A stretch of 61,610 bases of DNA, the filler included, from Sphacelaria rigidula (lineage: Eukaryota): NCBI GenBank assembly GCA_964200075.2. It is 6 parts of 6 records of this genome, joined end to end, with 100 filler letters (N's around TTAATTAATTAA, not from the genome) between each part and the next. Parts side by side here need not be neighbours in the genome. Positions count along the whole stretch, not along the records: positions 41,144 to 51,327 come from CAXNAA020006975.1; positions 51,428 to 61,610 come from CAXNAA020006976.1; 4 more parts are not named here. One strand, 5' to 3'. Each line of letters starts with the position of its first letter. Position 1 is the stretch's first letter. This document shows, piece by piece, positions 46,513-59,736 of this stretch. Under the pieces are notes generated by a model. That model was not told the DNA's origin and made no database searches. It saw nothing but the letters and a program-made list of their open reading frames with translations. The position numbers and the translations under genes are program-made.

Positions 46513-47871
46513 GTATCTTTCAAAAATACACACCTGCACCCTGCACTGCTCGTGCGTGTATTATACCTGCACAAGATACAAATCCCTGATCGTTCAGTAC
46601 AGAACGGTCACACGCCCCGCCAGCACTGCCTTGCGTACTTGGCTTTGTTGCCCCCTCCCTTCTGGCAGGACAAGCCTTCTACTACAGGTTTGTTACAGGA
46701 CACCAGTGCACAGGGTGCACTGTTGCTCATAGTCAGCCGCTGTCCCTGACCTGAGCTCTTTGCCAAGTCAGCCACCTGCCGTTTTCATATTCCAGTAGCG
46801 ATTGTACACGGCTGTTGCATCTTTTGTTCACAGGTTGCTGAGTAACACAACCTGTGCTCCCAAAAAAGGTGACCCCGGACATCTGTACACGAGATTTATA
46901 ACCGTTCCGGCACTTTCGCTGCGTCACGATTTACGCCACTCATAGCTACTTTGTTGTTGTTGTTCTCTTCTAGTGGACTTCGCACATCTGTAGAGCCGCG
47001 CTGTACACCACCGTGGTAAGTAACAATACACAGTACAACGGACTGTGAGGTTTTCTCATTGACCCCCTTTCGGCCAAATAATAGTTAATTGTTCCGAGAC
47101 AGTTTCGTCGCGACAATACTCGTTTGTAATATTCCAGACCTACGTTACGTGCTCACTTGGAGCAAACGGCACTCGACACCAGTGCCCCTTGTCTGTGCAC
47201 TTCTTTTTTTCGGCACCCGCCCTCAGCATTGCCCCTGCTGCGCACAACTTCAACTTTGTTTCATATACGTACGTTGTCCCAACTCGGTTGCGTAACAAGC
47301 CTCCGCCCTGCACTACGTAGTCCGATCTTGCGGTCTACATCCTAAGCTTTGTAGAAGCTGTCGTGCAGCCCTTGACACCACAACAGGAACACGTGTGAGT
47401 TGTACTACTTTCAGGTACCAACCAACACTGCTACAGCCAATTGGATTTGCGCATTTTTCGACGCCGTACATCTGTTCTGTGCGCAACCCCGAGCTTCCAT
47501 TGATAGCTATTACCGCCACAACTTAGATAGTTGTATTGACCAGACCTCCGACACTGTTGTTACATACAACATTTAACTTGAATAATAATACTCGAGTTCA
47601 TCAGGTTCCCAAGGTCCCTCCAGGCGCTATTAGGCTTCATTATCCCGTATTTCCGGATACAAGGTTCGGCCGTTGCACTTAGCATTTCTTGGTGTCACAC
47701 TACTTTGACTAGAGCCCGCAGACCAGACATACTGCTCCTACGTTCTTAAGCACACAAGTTGCGTACGACTAATATGTCGCACAGAAATAACGTTGGCTCT
47801 CCCTCTCAATTGGGAAACCAATCGCTTCGTCGGCCACGAAGTCAAACCACTGGCGGTTCGAATTTTTTTAT

Positions 47872-50800
47872 ATGAGTGTCACGTCACCTTCAACTCTTCG
47901 ACGAACGTATGCGAGCGCTGTGCGATCTTCGGGATCTGAAGACCAACCTTCGAGCGATGCTCGTTCTTCGACGCTTGAAGACAAGACTGTGACGCCGCGA
48001 CCTGTTCTCTCACGTACCGATTCGGACTCAAAGAACAGGCTTGTGCCACCGTCTGAGTCATTAGCTCCTGACGGACATGTCAGTGAACCCATTACGGTGT
48101 ATTCCGTAGCATCCCCCCCGCTGCGGCCTGTTATTCCGGATACCCGATGTGGAATCCGAACTCAGGATTGTGCCCCCAGCTGAGTCGTTGCCCCTGAACA
48201 CACGTGTCCAGCTTGGCCCTGTAACGGTTGCTTCAACCGTGGCAACCCGTCGCATGACGGTTGACAACTCTCGAGACGACTTAGTTCCAACGAAGTGTAT
48301 CGCTTCTGGAGCAAGAGACTTTGTCACGCGGGCTACTTCCGTTACGGACCCCCATCGCACGGCTCTCGGCAGTCCCATGCGCCTTACTGCGCAGTCCAAT
48401 GTCGGACCAGCAGTCGCGGCCATGCATTCTGCCCTGCAGAATATGCATCGCACTTCATCGGCGTCAGCGCACTCGCCAGCCTCAGCTCTCATCGAGGCAC
48501 TTACGGCTTTTTGCCAGGCCACGCTCCAAGACAAATCGGCGTCTGCTCACGTGCAGTTCAACGATAGTTCTGCACCTGCAACGTGTAAACCCGTACGTTT
48601 GGCGCCCCGATCGGCGACATCGCGTCTTCAGTTCGTCACTCATGAAAAGTTCAACGAACACGAGTCCAGCCCCTCCTCGACGTCAAACCAAAGTCTTGCT
48701 CGGGCTCCTGACCGGCGCCGCAAACCGACAGTTGGTCACGACCACGTCACCCGTGCTGGCAGTTCCAAGGACAACTCCCAGCAAAGCTTGAATTCATCGC
48801 GCATTCTCACACGCCCGAAGAATGTCGCTCATAGTCGCACAAATGACGGTAGCTCACGACACGGTTCCAATTCATCGCGCGCTCCGAAGCGCCTGGTGAA
48901 TGCCAACCGTGACCGTACTCACGAGGATGATTCGCGGCACACATCAAGTTCATCGCGCGTTCACTCGCGCTCGAACAACACGATCATGCAACCGCGCGCA
49001 CCCCTCCTGCTCCGCATCTATCACGCTGCCGTCATTTACGCAATGATAACACTGTACATGATGACGATATCCAAAATATATTTTCGGACATGTCACCGGC
49101 CCTGAATCCTCAATTGAGGGATCCGACCGTACTTCATCGCAAAACCGACGACCCCGCAATGACCGCGACCCACCGTCCCGCTCTGATCCTGCGATTATTC
49201 GTTCTCTTCAACAACGATTGACAGACCTCGAGCGACAATTATCAACAATGGAGAACTCAAGAACCACCGCCGCTGCCGCCAAGATCACGGAGGAGACAGC
49301 AGACGTTACTGCAGCTACTGCTGCCTCCACAACTGCCGCTGCCGCCGCTGCTACCTTAGTCGCTGTGCCTTCTGCCACGCCAACTACAGTCACGGCCCCA
49401 ACACCCGTTGCCGCCCCGTCTGCAGTCGACACCGACGCAGATGGTGGTCCGACTACTGGCCCGGTCGCGGATGCCCCTGTGCGCTCGCCCCCGTCTGTGA
49501 AGGATCTCCCTCCGCTCGGCGACGAGCATTGCCCTACCGGCCTTCTGTTGAGGCTATTTAGGAACCGCCCCCGTGCCGAACAACTGGAAGTAATCGATGA
49601 TTACGCCTCGCAAGCGCCAGCGCTTGCCAAAACCATACTGGAGCAACAACGGGCTGCCGACGCCGCTGCGGCACGCGTCCTCGCCGAAGAACACGCAGCC
49701 AAGCATCAAGACCTTCAGCGTCAGCCTGCACGTGCCCAACCAACAAACTCGGCGGCTCAACGCGCTCTACAGGAAGGCCGCACGTCTGCGTTGGCGGCTC
49801 AGAAGCGCGTCGAGGACCTCGAGGAATACGTGCGCAGGACGACCCACGACGCGGCTACGTCGGTGGCTCGCCTCACAAACCATCCGGCCTCTCCGCCGTC
49901 CATCGGCAACACACCCGGTGGTCGCTCTCCCCGTCAGCCAACGACCGATATGTCGACTTGCGCGAGTCCACGTGAGTCCGACAATACGTCTTATGCTGCG
50001 GCCGCTGCCGCCCCCCCGATGGCCCCAACACGTCTGCCTCGTGCACCTAGCTCGGCGACCGATACCCGCCTGACGCCAGGCCTGCAACTGGCGCCTCACG
50101 AACGAGTGTGGCTTTCTCGATCCGCGGCCGACTATACCGGCCCGTTCCACAACACCAACCACCTTCACTGCTCCCGCCAGGCCTGGAACGTAGTGTCGCA
50201 ATGCTTGCTCCACGTTATTGGTGTTTACGTGGAGCAGGGCGGCTTCTTCCCCGACGAAGGCGTACCGGCTCTCACCTTGAGCCAACTGATCCTCCAGATG
50301 ACTATCGGCGATTGTCATGATCACCAGCGTTACGTGCGCGCTGTCACCGATCCTTTTGCGGCGCTACGCGCCGCTTACAACTCGGATCCCGGCGCCACCA
50401 TCGCCGACGCTGACCAAAATGAACATGGGTGGACTCCCACAAGTGCCAACTGCAGGGGACGAAAGTAGAACCACCGGAGGGATGACGACGATAACGATGG
50501 AGGAGACTCACGCCGCTGCCATGGTGGTGGAGGATCCTCTTCGGGCGGCTCCGGGCCGAACCGCCCGGCTCGCAATACCCGCGGCCCGCCTCACAAGAAA
50601 ACCGGTGGTAATTCTTCCGGATCTTCCGCGACAGGCTGGAACCAGTCTGGTACAGACCTGCCTCCCTCGGGTCCGGCGACACCAAGGAAAGTGATCCCTA
50701 AATTGGCTGATGTTTCGGCTCGCATTGTAGGTTTATCTGATACGGACACACCTGACCGTCAATTGTCTTCTGCTGCAGCCCGCGCTTGAGCAACCGCTGC

Positions 50801-51327
50801 GGCTGATAAAGACCAATGCTACGATAGGAGTTAAACGTTTTGTTTCTGGGTCTCGTTTTCGTAGGAGCCCAAATATATGGGGCTTACTGTGCAACCCAAA
50901 TCTCCGGGGAGAGGGCATGGAGATGCACACAGGGGCCTTTTCGCGAATCGGCATCATTTTCAGTCTTTTTCAAGTAAAAATGATGTCGATTCTCAGAATG
51001 ATGCGTGCAACACCCCGAGAAAAAATTTCGCTCACAAAGTGCAACCCTACCGTAGCATTACTTCAAAGAACGTTCCGAAGCTAGTAAAAAGGCAGCTTCC
51101 GATAGAGCCGAGTCTGCTCGAGTAGCTGCAATACAGAGACAGTATATTCAGATGAATATGAAAAAGCTTTGGCACATTAAAAATATACCTGCTGCGGCTT
51201 ACGAAGATTCGGGACAGATTACTTCTGCCATCATCACGTCCATTCGCCGCACTGTTTGTAACATCCTTCACTTGGCGGATGCAACTGGCATCCAACGTTT
51301 CGAATATTTCGATTGGGTAGAGGGCTG
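47872..51327 (+). pseudogene. Long frameshifted intronless ORF, probably gag/ORF1 of a second retroelement
   Basis: Consecutive + ORFs 47872-48183, 48149-49105, 49218-50468 and further broken frames join into roughly 1000 aa of S/R/T/A-rich, coiled-coil and then globular sequence. No diagnostic motif seen. Confidence 0.4.
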
Positions 51328-53264
51328 NNNNNNNNNNNNNNNNNNNNNNNNNNNNNNNNNNNNNNNNNNNNTTAATTAATTAANNNNNNNNNNNNNNNNN
51401 NNNNNNNNNNNNNNNNNNNNNNNNNNNCTTCCCCCCTTTTCTGAGTGCGCGCTTCGCGCCCTCTAACTCTCGACATCCAACATCCTGCCCCCACACCCCC
51501 CCCCCCCCCCCCCTCCCCCTCTGCAAGCCAAAAGACACCGATTCCGTGCCGTTGGAAGATCTCAACGAGGTCGTGCCATGAGTTCCCCCTCTAGACAACG
51601 TGACCATCGCAAATATTCTTCAGGGTCGAGGTGGCAAACCTCCCGCTCGGAGGTAGAGTACCTCATCGCATTGCGTAGCATCCTTGGCTCTCTGCAAGAT
51701 AACAACTTTGTGTCTGTGCTTCGCGTCTGCTTGTTCCACCCTCATGCTCCCCGTTGACTCGACCACCAGCACCGTCGCGGCGGAGGTAGACGCATTGGGA
51801 ATGCAGGAGGTGGCGGTCAACGTAGGGCTTGTCGGCACTGTCACGCGGATGTCGTACTCGACGTGTACATGCGCTCCAACAACTTCTTCGGCTGGCGGCT
51901 GGGGACCGGCACTACGAGCCAGGAAGGCGGCGGTTTTGGCGGCGGCGGTGGTTTCGGAAACGATGGTTGTTTGTGCGGGCAGATCGGCGTATCAGCAGTC
52001 AAAACTGTCTTTGTCGACGAAGATACCGGATTCCCCCGGTCCAAAGTCATCGAGGCTGTCCCGACGGCGCCTAGAGTCAACCCGTTTGTCCGCCGCGCAG
52101 GAGCAGCCGAGAACGTTCAAGTGCCCGCCGGTTTCCACGGAATGGCGCGACGGGGCCACGGCGGTGGCGGCGGCGGAATGTATACCAACAGTGATGTGAT
52201 GCAGAGACAATTGGTGGTACACGGCGTGATGGGACGGGATGCGTGGATGCTGTCGTCGGCTCTCCCTGTGGAGTTGGGCAACGTGACAGTCGCGCGAATG
52301 ACCGCGCTGTTGTTTTCGCCATCACTCCGTGACGACACTGCCCATTCTCTGCTGGCGTTAGACTCACGTCGTTCGCGGGATACACAGATCGCGACGACGC
52401 GTCATCGTAATGTCCTATTGGAGACGATTATGGCCCGGATGATGTCCAACGAGGTACGACCAGAGGTGATGGCGCCGACGTTCCCTCCGACCATGCCGTG
52501 GAGGAGTCCTCTTCCGCAGTGGACGTCACGCATCATCACGTTTGGGGATTGGGGATTGGGCGGCGCTCATAGACTGGCAGGTAGCATCGGCGTCGGCGTC
52601 GGCAGCGGTGGCTTTCCTCCGAGAATGGCTACGGGTGGTGATGGGCGGTCGACCCCCGCCACGTCCGAGATGAGTCTGATCTTCGGCAATGGGGTAAGGG
52701 TACTGAAGCTCAATGTGCATAATCTTGCACCTGCTTTCGTGTCTGTTTGTTCGTTCCGTATTTCTCGTATTTTGGCCCGTGACAGATGGAGGTCGATATG
52801 GAAAATCTGGCAATTTAGGAATTTGAAGGTTACTGACATCGAAGTAAACTGCAGTCGTTTCTTCTGCATGAAAAACAGCAACGGCGCGAAATAGAAAATA
52901 TTCGAAGGATTGGTAGACCAACAGGTGGTCAAGCCGCTCCGTCATTAGACCGGCTACCCTGTGGTACCGTGTGTGGCGATTTTTGCCTTCGTGTGATGTA
53001 GGTGCCCTCGCGGTAGTGTTGGTTGCTGCATGCTGTGAGGCATATGACAAAGCTATTTATGTATCGCTTTCGGCGGAGGTGTTCCTTATCGGCGCGCCGT
53101 AAAGGGAGGACATAGTTCGAGTGTTTCGTTTGCCTCCATTTCTACGCACCTCCCCTGGGTCCACCACGGGCGTTTTCAAGAAGATTGGGACGAGTCCTTT
53201 CACATCGGCCACGTCAGCGTCTTGCTCAGACTCGCCCTCTTCGTTTTGTCCTAGAGCTAGTTGT

Positions 53265-55098
53265 CGCCAAAGAAGCTCAAATTGCCTTCAAGTGTAACTC
53301 GAAGCCGATTTCCAACAAACAAGTACAAAAACACTCGCAAAAGAGTCGTGCTACGGCAGGGGTGCACGTTTTGCGTGACACTTGTCTGATGTATTTCCAC
53401 GTTGTGAAACAAAACAGAGACATATTTCACAACTTGTCATGTTAGTCTCCGAGAGGATCGCCTCAACTTCCACCGCAACTTCGTCCTAACTGCACTGGTG
53501 CAAGTAGATGATAGTTTTTGACTACCTCCAGCACGCCGACCCAGGAGCATTTTGTGCACGCCTATCGGACCACGGCTCAAAATTATGTGGTGTTCTGTGT
53601 CCCTTGCTTCAACAGACATGCGGGGTATTTTGTACCGTTACGAGTCCTATAATCTGGGCCACTGGGCCGGGTAGATTCGTGGATGAAACGGTCAAATCAT
53701 CGGCATATCCGTATCTGTGCCCGAGGTTTTGCTTCCGTCGATTTCAGGTGTGAGTTGGTGAGAGGAATCCACGCACGCGGCGGAAATAATAACAACCACA
53801 TCGACCCCAGCTGTGAATACGCGACCGGTTGTTCGGTTGTGGTCAATACGCTCGTAAGGACTGCCTGTCGATGGAAACACTTGTAGCGGTGTCTGACATC
53901 CAATCAGTGCGTTGTGTTTTTGCTCGCATCTCATTTTTGTTGCGACCGCCCCCTTCTCTTCGCGCTCCGGCCGCTGCCCATACGTCGCGCTGCACTCGCA
54001 CGATCCAAAAACGCAGGTCACTGCCCCCCCCTCTACCCCTGCATGTCCGACGATCGGTGGCGTCATTTTCTCTTCTTTCTACCACGAGCAGTCTGAAAGC
54101 TCGAGCCCACCGGGAGCCTGCCAAGCCGCTCAAGAGGGTGTCAGTTACGCTCCCCTCCCTGCTGGGCAAGAGCAACAGCCTTGGGAACCCCGTCCAGAGT
54201 TTCCGTTTGTACAGCAGCAGCAGGAGGAACAGCAGCACACTGGACCGGTGTCGGAGCAGGGTGCTGGATCCTCGGCTCGGTCTCGGCCGCTGCTTCAGCG
54301 TATTATACACCAAACTTCTGCACGATTGACGGCTGAACCCTTTTGTGCGGCGGCTGGGGGGTGGTGGGGTCGGGAACAGCAGCAGCAGCAACAACAGCCA
54401 CAAGCGGGGCCGGTGTCAGATCATGGGGCGCAGGTCTCGCCTGAGCTCAGACAGCGATTTCAAATTGGAGTACACCAGCCGACGGGGAGACGGACGGCTC
54501 AACCCTATCTTGGGGTGGCTCGGGGGCGGCGTCGGCTACGGCAGCAGGAACAGCGGCAGCAGCGGCAGCAGTGGCAGCAGCAGCAGCAGCAACAACAACA
54601 ACAACAACAAGAGCCACGAGCCGGCGATAGTGATGATGACTCGTACTCGCCAAGTTGCGACAGCGGATCGTCTATTTGCGGAAGCGATGATGATGTTGAT
54701 GAAGCCAACGCCCGGACATCATCCGGTGGGCGGCAGCAGCAACCGACTTACCCCTCCGCGGCCGTGCAGGAAAATGAGGAGATGGATAGCGACGACGAGC
54801 ACACCGGGCAAGACTTCCCTACGGAGACAGCATCTCCTTCTTTCACGCAGCAGCAACCCGCCATCTCTACTGTTCAGGCTTCGCCGTCGTTGTCTACGGA
54901 AGATACGGCTGGAATCCGTTCTACGACTGTCGCTTACACAACACCTGCACCGCTGCTGGCACCGACGGCCCCGGTGCCGACGGTGGATGCGTTGGCCGAG
55001 GCACCATTGACATCGGCAGCAGGAGGGGACAAAGATAGCCGTTCAGGAGGGGCACGTGCGTCTGTGGAAGTTCCTGTGAATCCGCGACCTCCGTACGG
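53265..55098 (+). mobile_element. Truncated paralogue of the 5' part of the Mutator-like element
   Basis: 53265-54815 is collinear with 58395-59973, then diverges into a T/A/P-rich segment ending at donor GG|GTAAGA (55098). Confidence 0.75.
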
Positions 55099-56645
55099 GT
55101 AAGAGTAGGAGACTTACCGAACCAGAAGATGGGACAACCTGTGTTTTCCTCCGTGTGTATACCTTGTGTTATGTTGGCATCTTGTCTTGAGGGAGTGCAG
55201 CGGTTGCTGCTATTAATGTTTAGGCCCGTGTTTGTTCTTTCCCGTGTGCCTCGGCGCTGAATTTCAGTTGCCCTGAAATGGTTTGTGTACCGCCGTATGC
55301 ACAGATCGTACTGCATCCGTGCCACACGACACAAAGCAGCGCAACGACCACGGCAAACACATCACACGAAACTCGACTGATTTGGAGCGATGACCTATCA
55401 AACCAGCCATGCGCGGATATCAGTTGGTATCTAACGCTGCACGAGCCAGGCATGACCTGCTTGTGGATTATACGGATACGCGATATCTGTTTCAACATTG
55501 GTGGTCATCGGTGACTGCGTTCTTTGTCTGCCTCGTTTCGGTTGTTGCTCCCCCCATTTTCTCTTTCGTTTTTCCAGTTCCGTTTCCTTGTCCTGGTTTT
55601 TTCTCTACTTGTTTTTCTCTTCTTTGTCTGGGCCGTGTTGATGTTTGTGTCTCGCTGCTGCAGAGCTGGCGGGGTAGAGGTCCTGCCCAAACAGTGCGGT
55701 TGCCAGATAGCTGAGCCTCGACCTGGTTCCACGGTATATTGTTTGGCACGACGTCCTGACGAGAAGCCCTTACAGGGTCCTGTCGCTGTGTGTGTCTGGA
55801 CCGGCAAAACACAAGATGCTGATCTGACTATCTCTTTTTCTGCCTATTTTCTTTCTCGGTTCACGCTGTCTGCGTGTTCCTTCTTTTTCTTTCATCATTA
55901 CAGCTAACATTTTGTCTTGAGTTTCCTCCCGTGAATATTGCCATATGTATACCCTTAGGTACATCTACCTATCTTGTGACATGGCCACGGCTAGACTAGG
56001 AGCGGGTCAGTCAATGTGCGACAATCGTTAACTCGACCGATCGACCGTATCAAGATAGCGAGCTTTCGTCGCTCTATCACCCGAGACTATACATTTACGA
56101 CACCTTATGGTATCTGTTTTCGTGTACATCTTGTTGTAGGCAAGGGGCATTGCCGATGTCGATACGGCAACCGCTGATCATGGTGGAACGACGAGGTAGG
56201 AGTGCATCAGTCGGGTCGAGGCGGCAGCAGCGGCGACTGCGTCGGCCAGGGGCCGGATCGACATCGCCGACAAGGGGCGCTTGTCAAGCTCGGGGTCGAA
56301 GTGTGACCAGACGCTCGTCTACTGTACTCCATAGTGGGCACGCGGTCGAGGTGAGAGGGGCCTGATAATCGTCTGCACTGTAGCTGTCGCTGGCCTCATG
56401 GGCGTATACTGTGCAGAGCCATGTTTAGGTACAGGCGGCGTACGAAACACTGATTTTTAATTCATTATTGAGGTCACTGGATGAAGTACAGGCTCAAATT
56501 TACAGCCCTGATCCTCTGAGTGAGGTATGCGCTCCGAAATCAGACACGAATTTTTCAGCACACTACCAAACCTCATGCTGGGCGGCGTCCTACAATGTGG
56601 ATCGCTATTTGTGTTGAACAGACAGTTCTATAAAATGAGGTTATA

Positions 56646-56803
56646 CACCAAAATAAGGTTCAAGCCCAGAACAGTACTTTCTCCACACTTTCAGCGTTGG
56701 TGCCCAATGACGTTTGTGTCGGCCTAACGCCCCTCTATCGCTTAGATATTTTTTCAGGGCATTTTACCGACGCTGTCAGCTTACAGCGCTGACCGAAACC
56801 GTC
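56646..56803 (+). mobile_element. Single arm of the CACTA-ended MITE
   Basis: Matches 12906-13063 and breaks off at CAAGGGCAGGTCGAG. Confidence 0.8.
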
Positions 56804-57245
56804 CAAGGGCAGGTCGAGTAGAGTATACTCAACACTCAGTTTTTTCGAAGAGTCATACTTTTAGTACTCGAATTTTGAGTAGAGTATTTGAGACTATACT
56901 CAATCTATTCAAAATTTGAGTTGAGTACTGGAGGCCGTACTCGACCTACTCAAAATTTGAGTTGAGTATTTGAGGCCGTACTCGACCTACTCAAAATTTG
57001 AGTCGAGCATTAAGGTCATACCCAAGTGATATTCTATCCTCAAGTATTACTGAGAGTGCTTACTCGATATTTGAGCAGAGTATTGAAGGTCGTCTTTGAT
57101 ATACTCAAGGTTTTAGTAGAGTGTTTGATATCATATTTAATGTAATCAAAAATTGAGTAGAGTATTTGACATCATGCTCAATGTACCCAAAATTTGAGTG
57201 AAGTATTTGAGGTCATACCCAATCTACCCGAAAGTTGGGCAGGTC
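56804..57245. repeat. 41-bp tandem array with a near-palindromic CTCAAAATTTGAG core
   Basis: Units at 56865, 56906, 56947, 56988, 57061, 57102, 57143, 57184 and 57225. Confidence 0.88.
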
Positions 57246-59084
57246 GCAAGGGCTACGGGGTTGATTGACAAGTACTGGTCTGAAACAGACTTGGTTACAT
57301 TGTGCATTCTCGTGTTGTCTGTCGACTTTGCTTTTGTTGGGTGTCACGCTCAAAGACGATGTTGTCGGGAAGCCTTTGTCCGTTTCAGATCACAGCACTT
57401 GTTTGATAGCTTTTACTTCCGACCTTTGCGTGTTTTGTGTATTGATGATCTAGTTCTTCTTCGAGCGCTCAATAACGATCAGCTTCCTACCACGTCCCCT
57501 GCCCCCCTTCCCTGACCGCCGATGTCAACTATCCTACTTTCCGATTTCGCACGACTATGTGAACACGACCTCAGCACGTCCAAACCTAAACAGGAGTTGG
57601 GATCGGAAAACCTTCGAGGCCAGAAATCCTAGTGACCAAAACAGGCCTTGGTAGGCAGTTGGTGGAGCATCCGTACCCCGAAAATTCGTTGTACTGTGTC
57701 CATCTGCTAAATGCCGACCATGAAGTGGCCGCCATGGTCTAATATGTATGCTGCACGGTGGCTTGGTCGAGGTCACTGCTTTGTGCATTACTCTAGCGCC
57801 CCAGGTGTGTACGTGTGCACAGAACTCCCCACTTGCATTCCCACGATGCACGGCTCGGGTGCTTACCATGAAATATCGTATGATGAGACCAAAGCCGCCA
57901 GGTAAACATGCATCATGATGTCGACACTACACCAGTGGTTCACGTCCTCTTTGTGAATCTTTCCGTCCCCCCGTGATGGTTTGTGCCGGAACAAAGTAAA
58001 CAGAGGAAGGTCCAGGCCCCGTTGCCAAGTCGCATCCTTCACTCACCGAATCACAGGCGGGACACACAGCACCAGATTCAGGGCGAATGAGCGACTCCGA
58101 CAGCGCGGCAATAGTTGATTAAGTGATCATTAGATGACCACTCAACTCTTGCCGTGCTGTAGGAGTCGCTCGCCCGCCCTGCTCGCGGTGATGTATGTCC
58201 CGGATGTGACGCGGTGAGTGAAGGATGCGATATGACAACCTGGATAGACGCAACATGTGGAATGACTAAAAGTGCTAGTGGTACTTGTGTCCTGTCGCCC
58301 GGGGTACGTTGTCGGTGCATGATGCCAATGCCCTGGGTATTGTGGAAAAAATATCAATCGAGAACATCGACAATTATGCATAGAAGTCCATGTTCACCAA
58401 CATAGAATCTAGAACAACTGCCTTGAAATATTATTCGAGGCTGATTTCGAATAAACAAGTACGAGAAAAATCGCGAAAGAGTCGTGCTACGGCAGAGATG
58501 CACTTTTTGGAATGAAACTTGTCTGACGTATTTCCACGTTGTGAAACAAAACGAAGATATTTTCCACAACTTGTCATGTTTGTCCCCGAGAGGATCGCCT
58601 CAACTTCCGACGCAACTTCGTCCTAACTGCACTAGTGCAAGTGGACGAGAGGTTATGACGAACTCCAGTACGCCGGCCCAGAAGAATTTTGTGCACACGT
58701 ACCGTAGCACCACTCAAACTCGTGTGGTATTCTGCTTCCCTCACTTCAACAGACATGCGAGGTATCTTGTACTGTTACGAGCCCTATAGTCCGGGCCGGG
58801 TAGATTCGTGGATGAAACGGTCAAATCATCGTCATTCCCGTATCTGCGCCCGAGGCTTTGCTTACCTTCGCACTTGCTTCCGTCGATTTCAGGTGTAAGT
58901 TGGTGGCAGGAATCCACGCACGAGGCGGAAAAAGACAACCACATGAATCCCAACTGTGAATATGCGACCGGTTGTTCGGTTGTGGTCAATACGCTCGAGG
59001 AGATAGCCAGTCGATGGAAAGTCTTGTGGCGGTGTGGACATCTAATCAGTACGTTCTATTTTTGGTCGCACCTAATTTTCTGTT

Positions 59085-59699
59085 GTGACCGCCCCCTTCT
59101 CTTCGCGCTCCGGCCGGCGCCCCCACGTTGCGCTGCACTTACACGGTTCGAAAATTCAGGTCACTGCTCCCCCCTCTACTCCGGCATGTCCGATGGTCGG
59201 TGGCGTCATTCTCTCTTCTTTCCAACACCAACCGTCTGAGAGCTCGAGCCCACCGGGAGCCTGCCAAGCCGCCCAAGAGGGTGTCAGTTACACTCCTCCC
59301 TCTGCTGGGCAAGAGCAACAGCCTTGGGAACCCCGTCCAGAGTTTCCGCCTGTACAGCAGCAGCGGCAGCAACAGCAGCACACTGGACCGGTGTCAGAGC
59401 AGGGTGCTGGATCTTCGCCTGGGTCTCGGCCGCTGTTTCAGGGTAATAGACACCAAACGTGTAGACGATGGACGGCTGAATCCTATAGTGCGGCGGCTGG
59501 GGGGCAGTGGCGTCGGGAACAGCAGCAACAACAGCAACAGCACACGGGGTCGGTGTCAGATCAGAGGGCGCAGCTCTTGCCCGAGCCTAGACAACGATTC
59601 GGTATGGGAATTCACCAACCGACGGGGCGACGGACGGCTCAACCCTATCTTGCGGCGGCTAGGGGGCGGCGCCGGCTGCGGCGGGAGCAGCAGCGACAT

Positions 59700-59736
<37 letters not shown>

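Noticed and set aside
51863-52894. 343-aa ORF as a protein-coding gene
   Set aside because: Non-ATG start, no motif, GC-rich region open in several frames. It may be the shadow of decayed minus-strand coding sequence.
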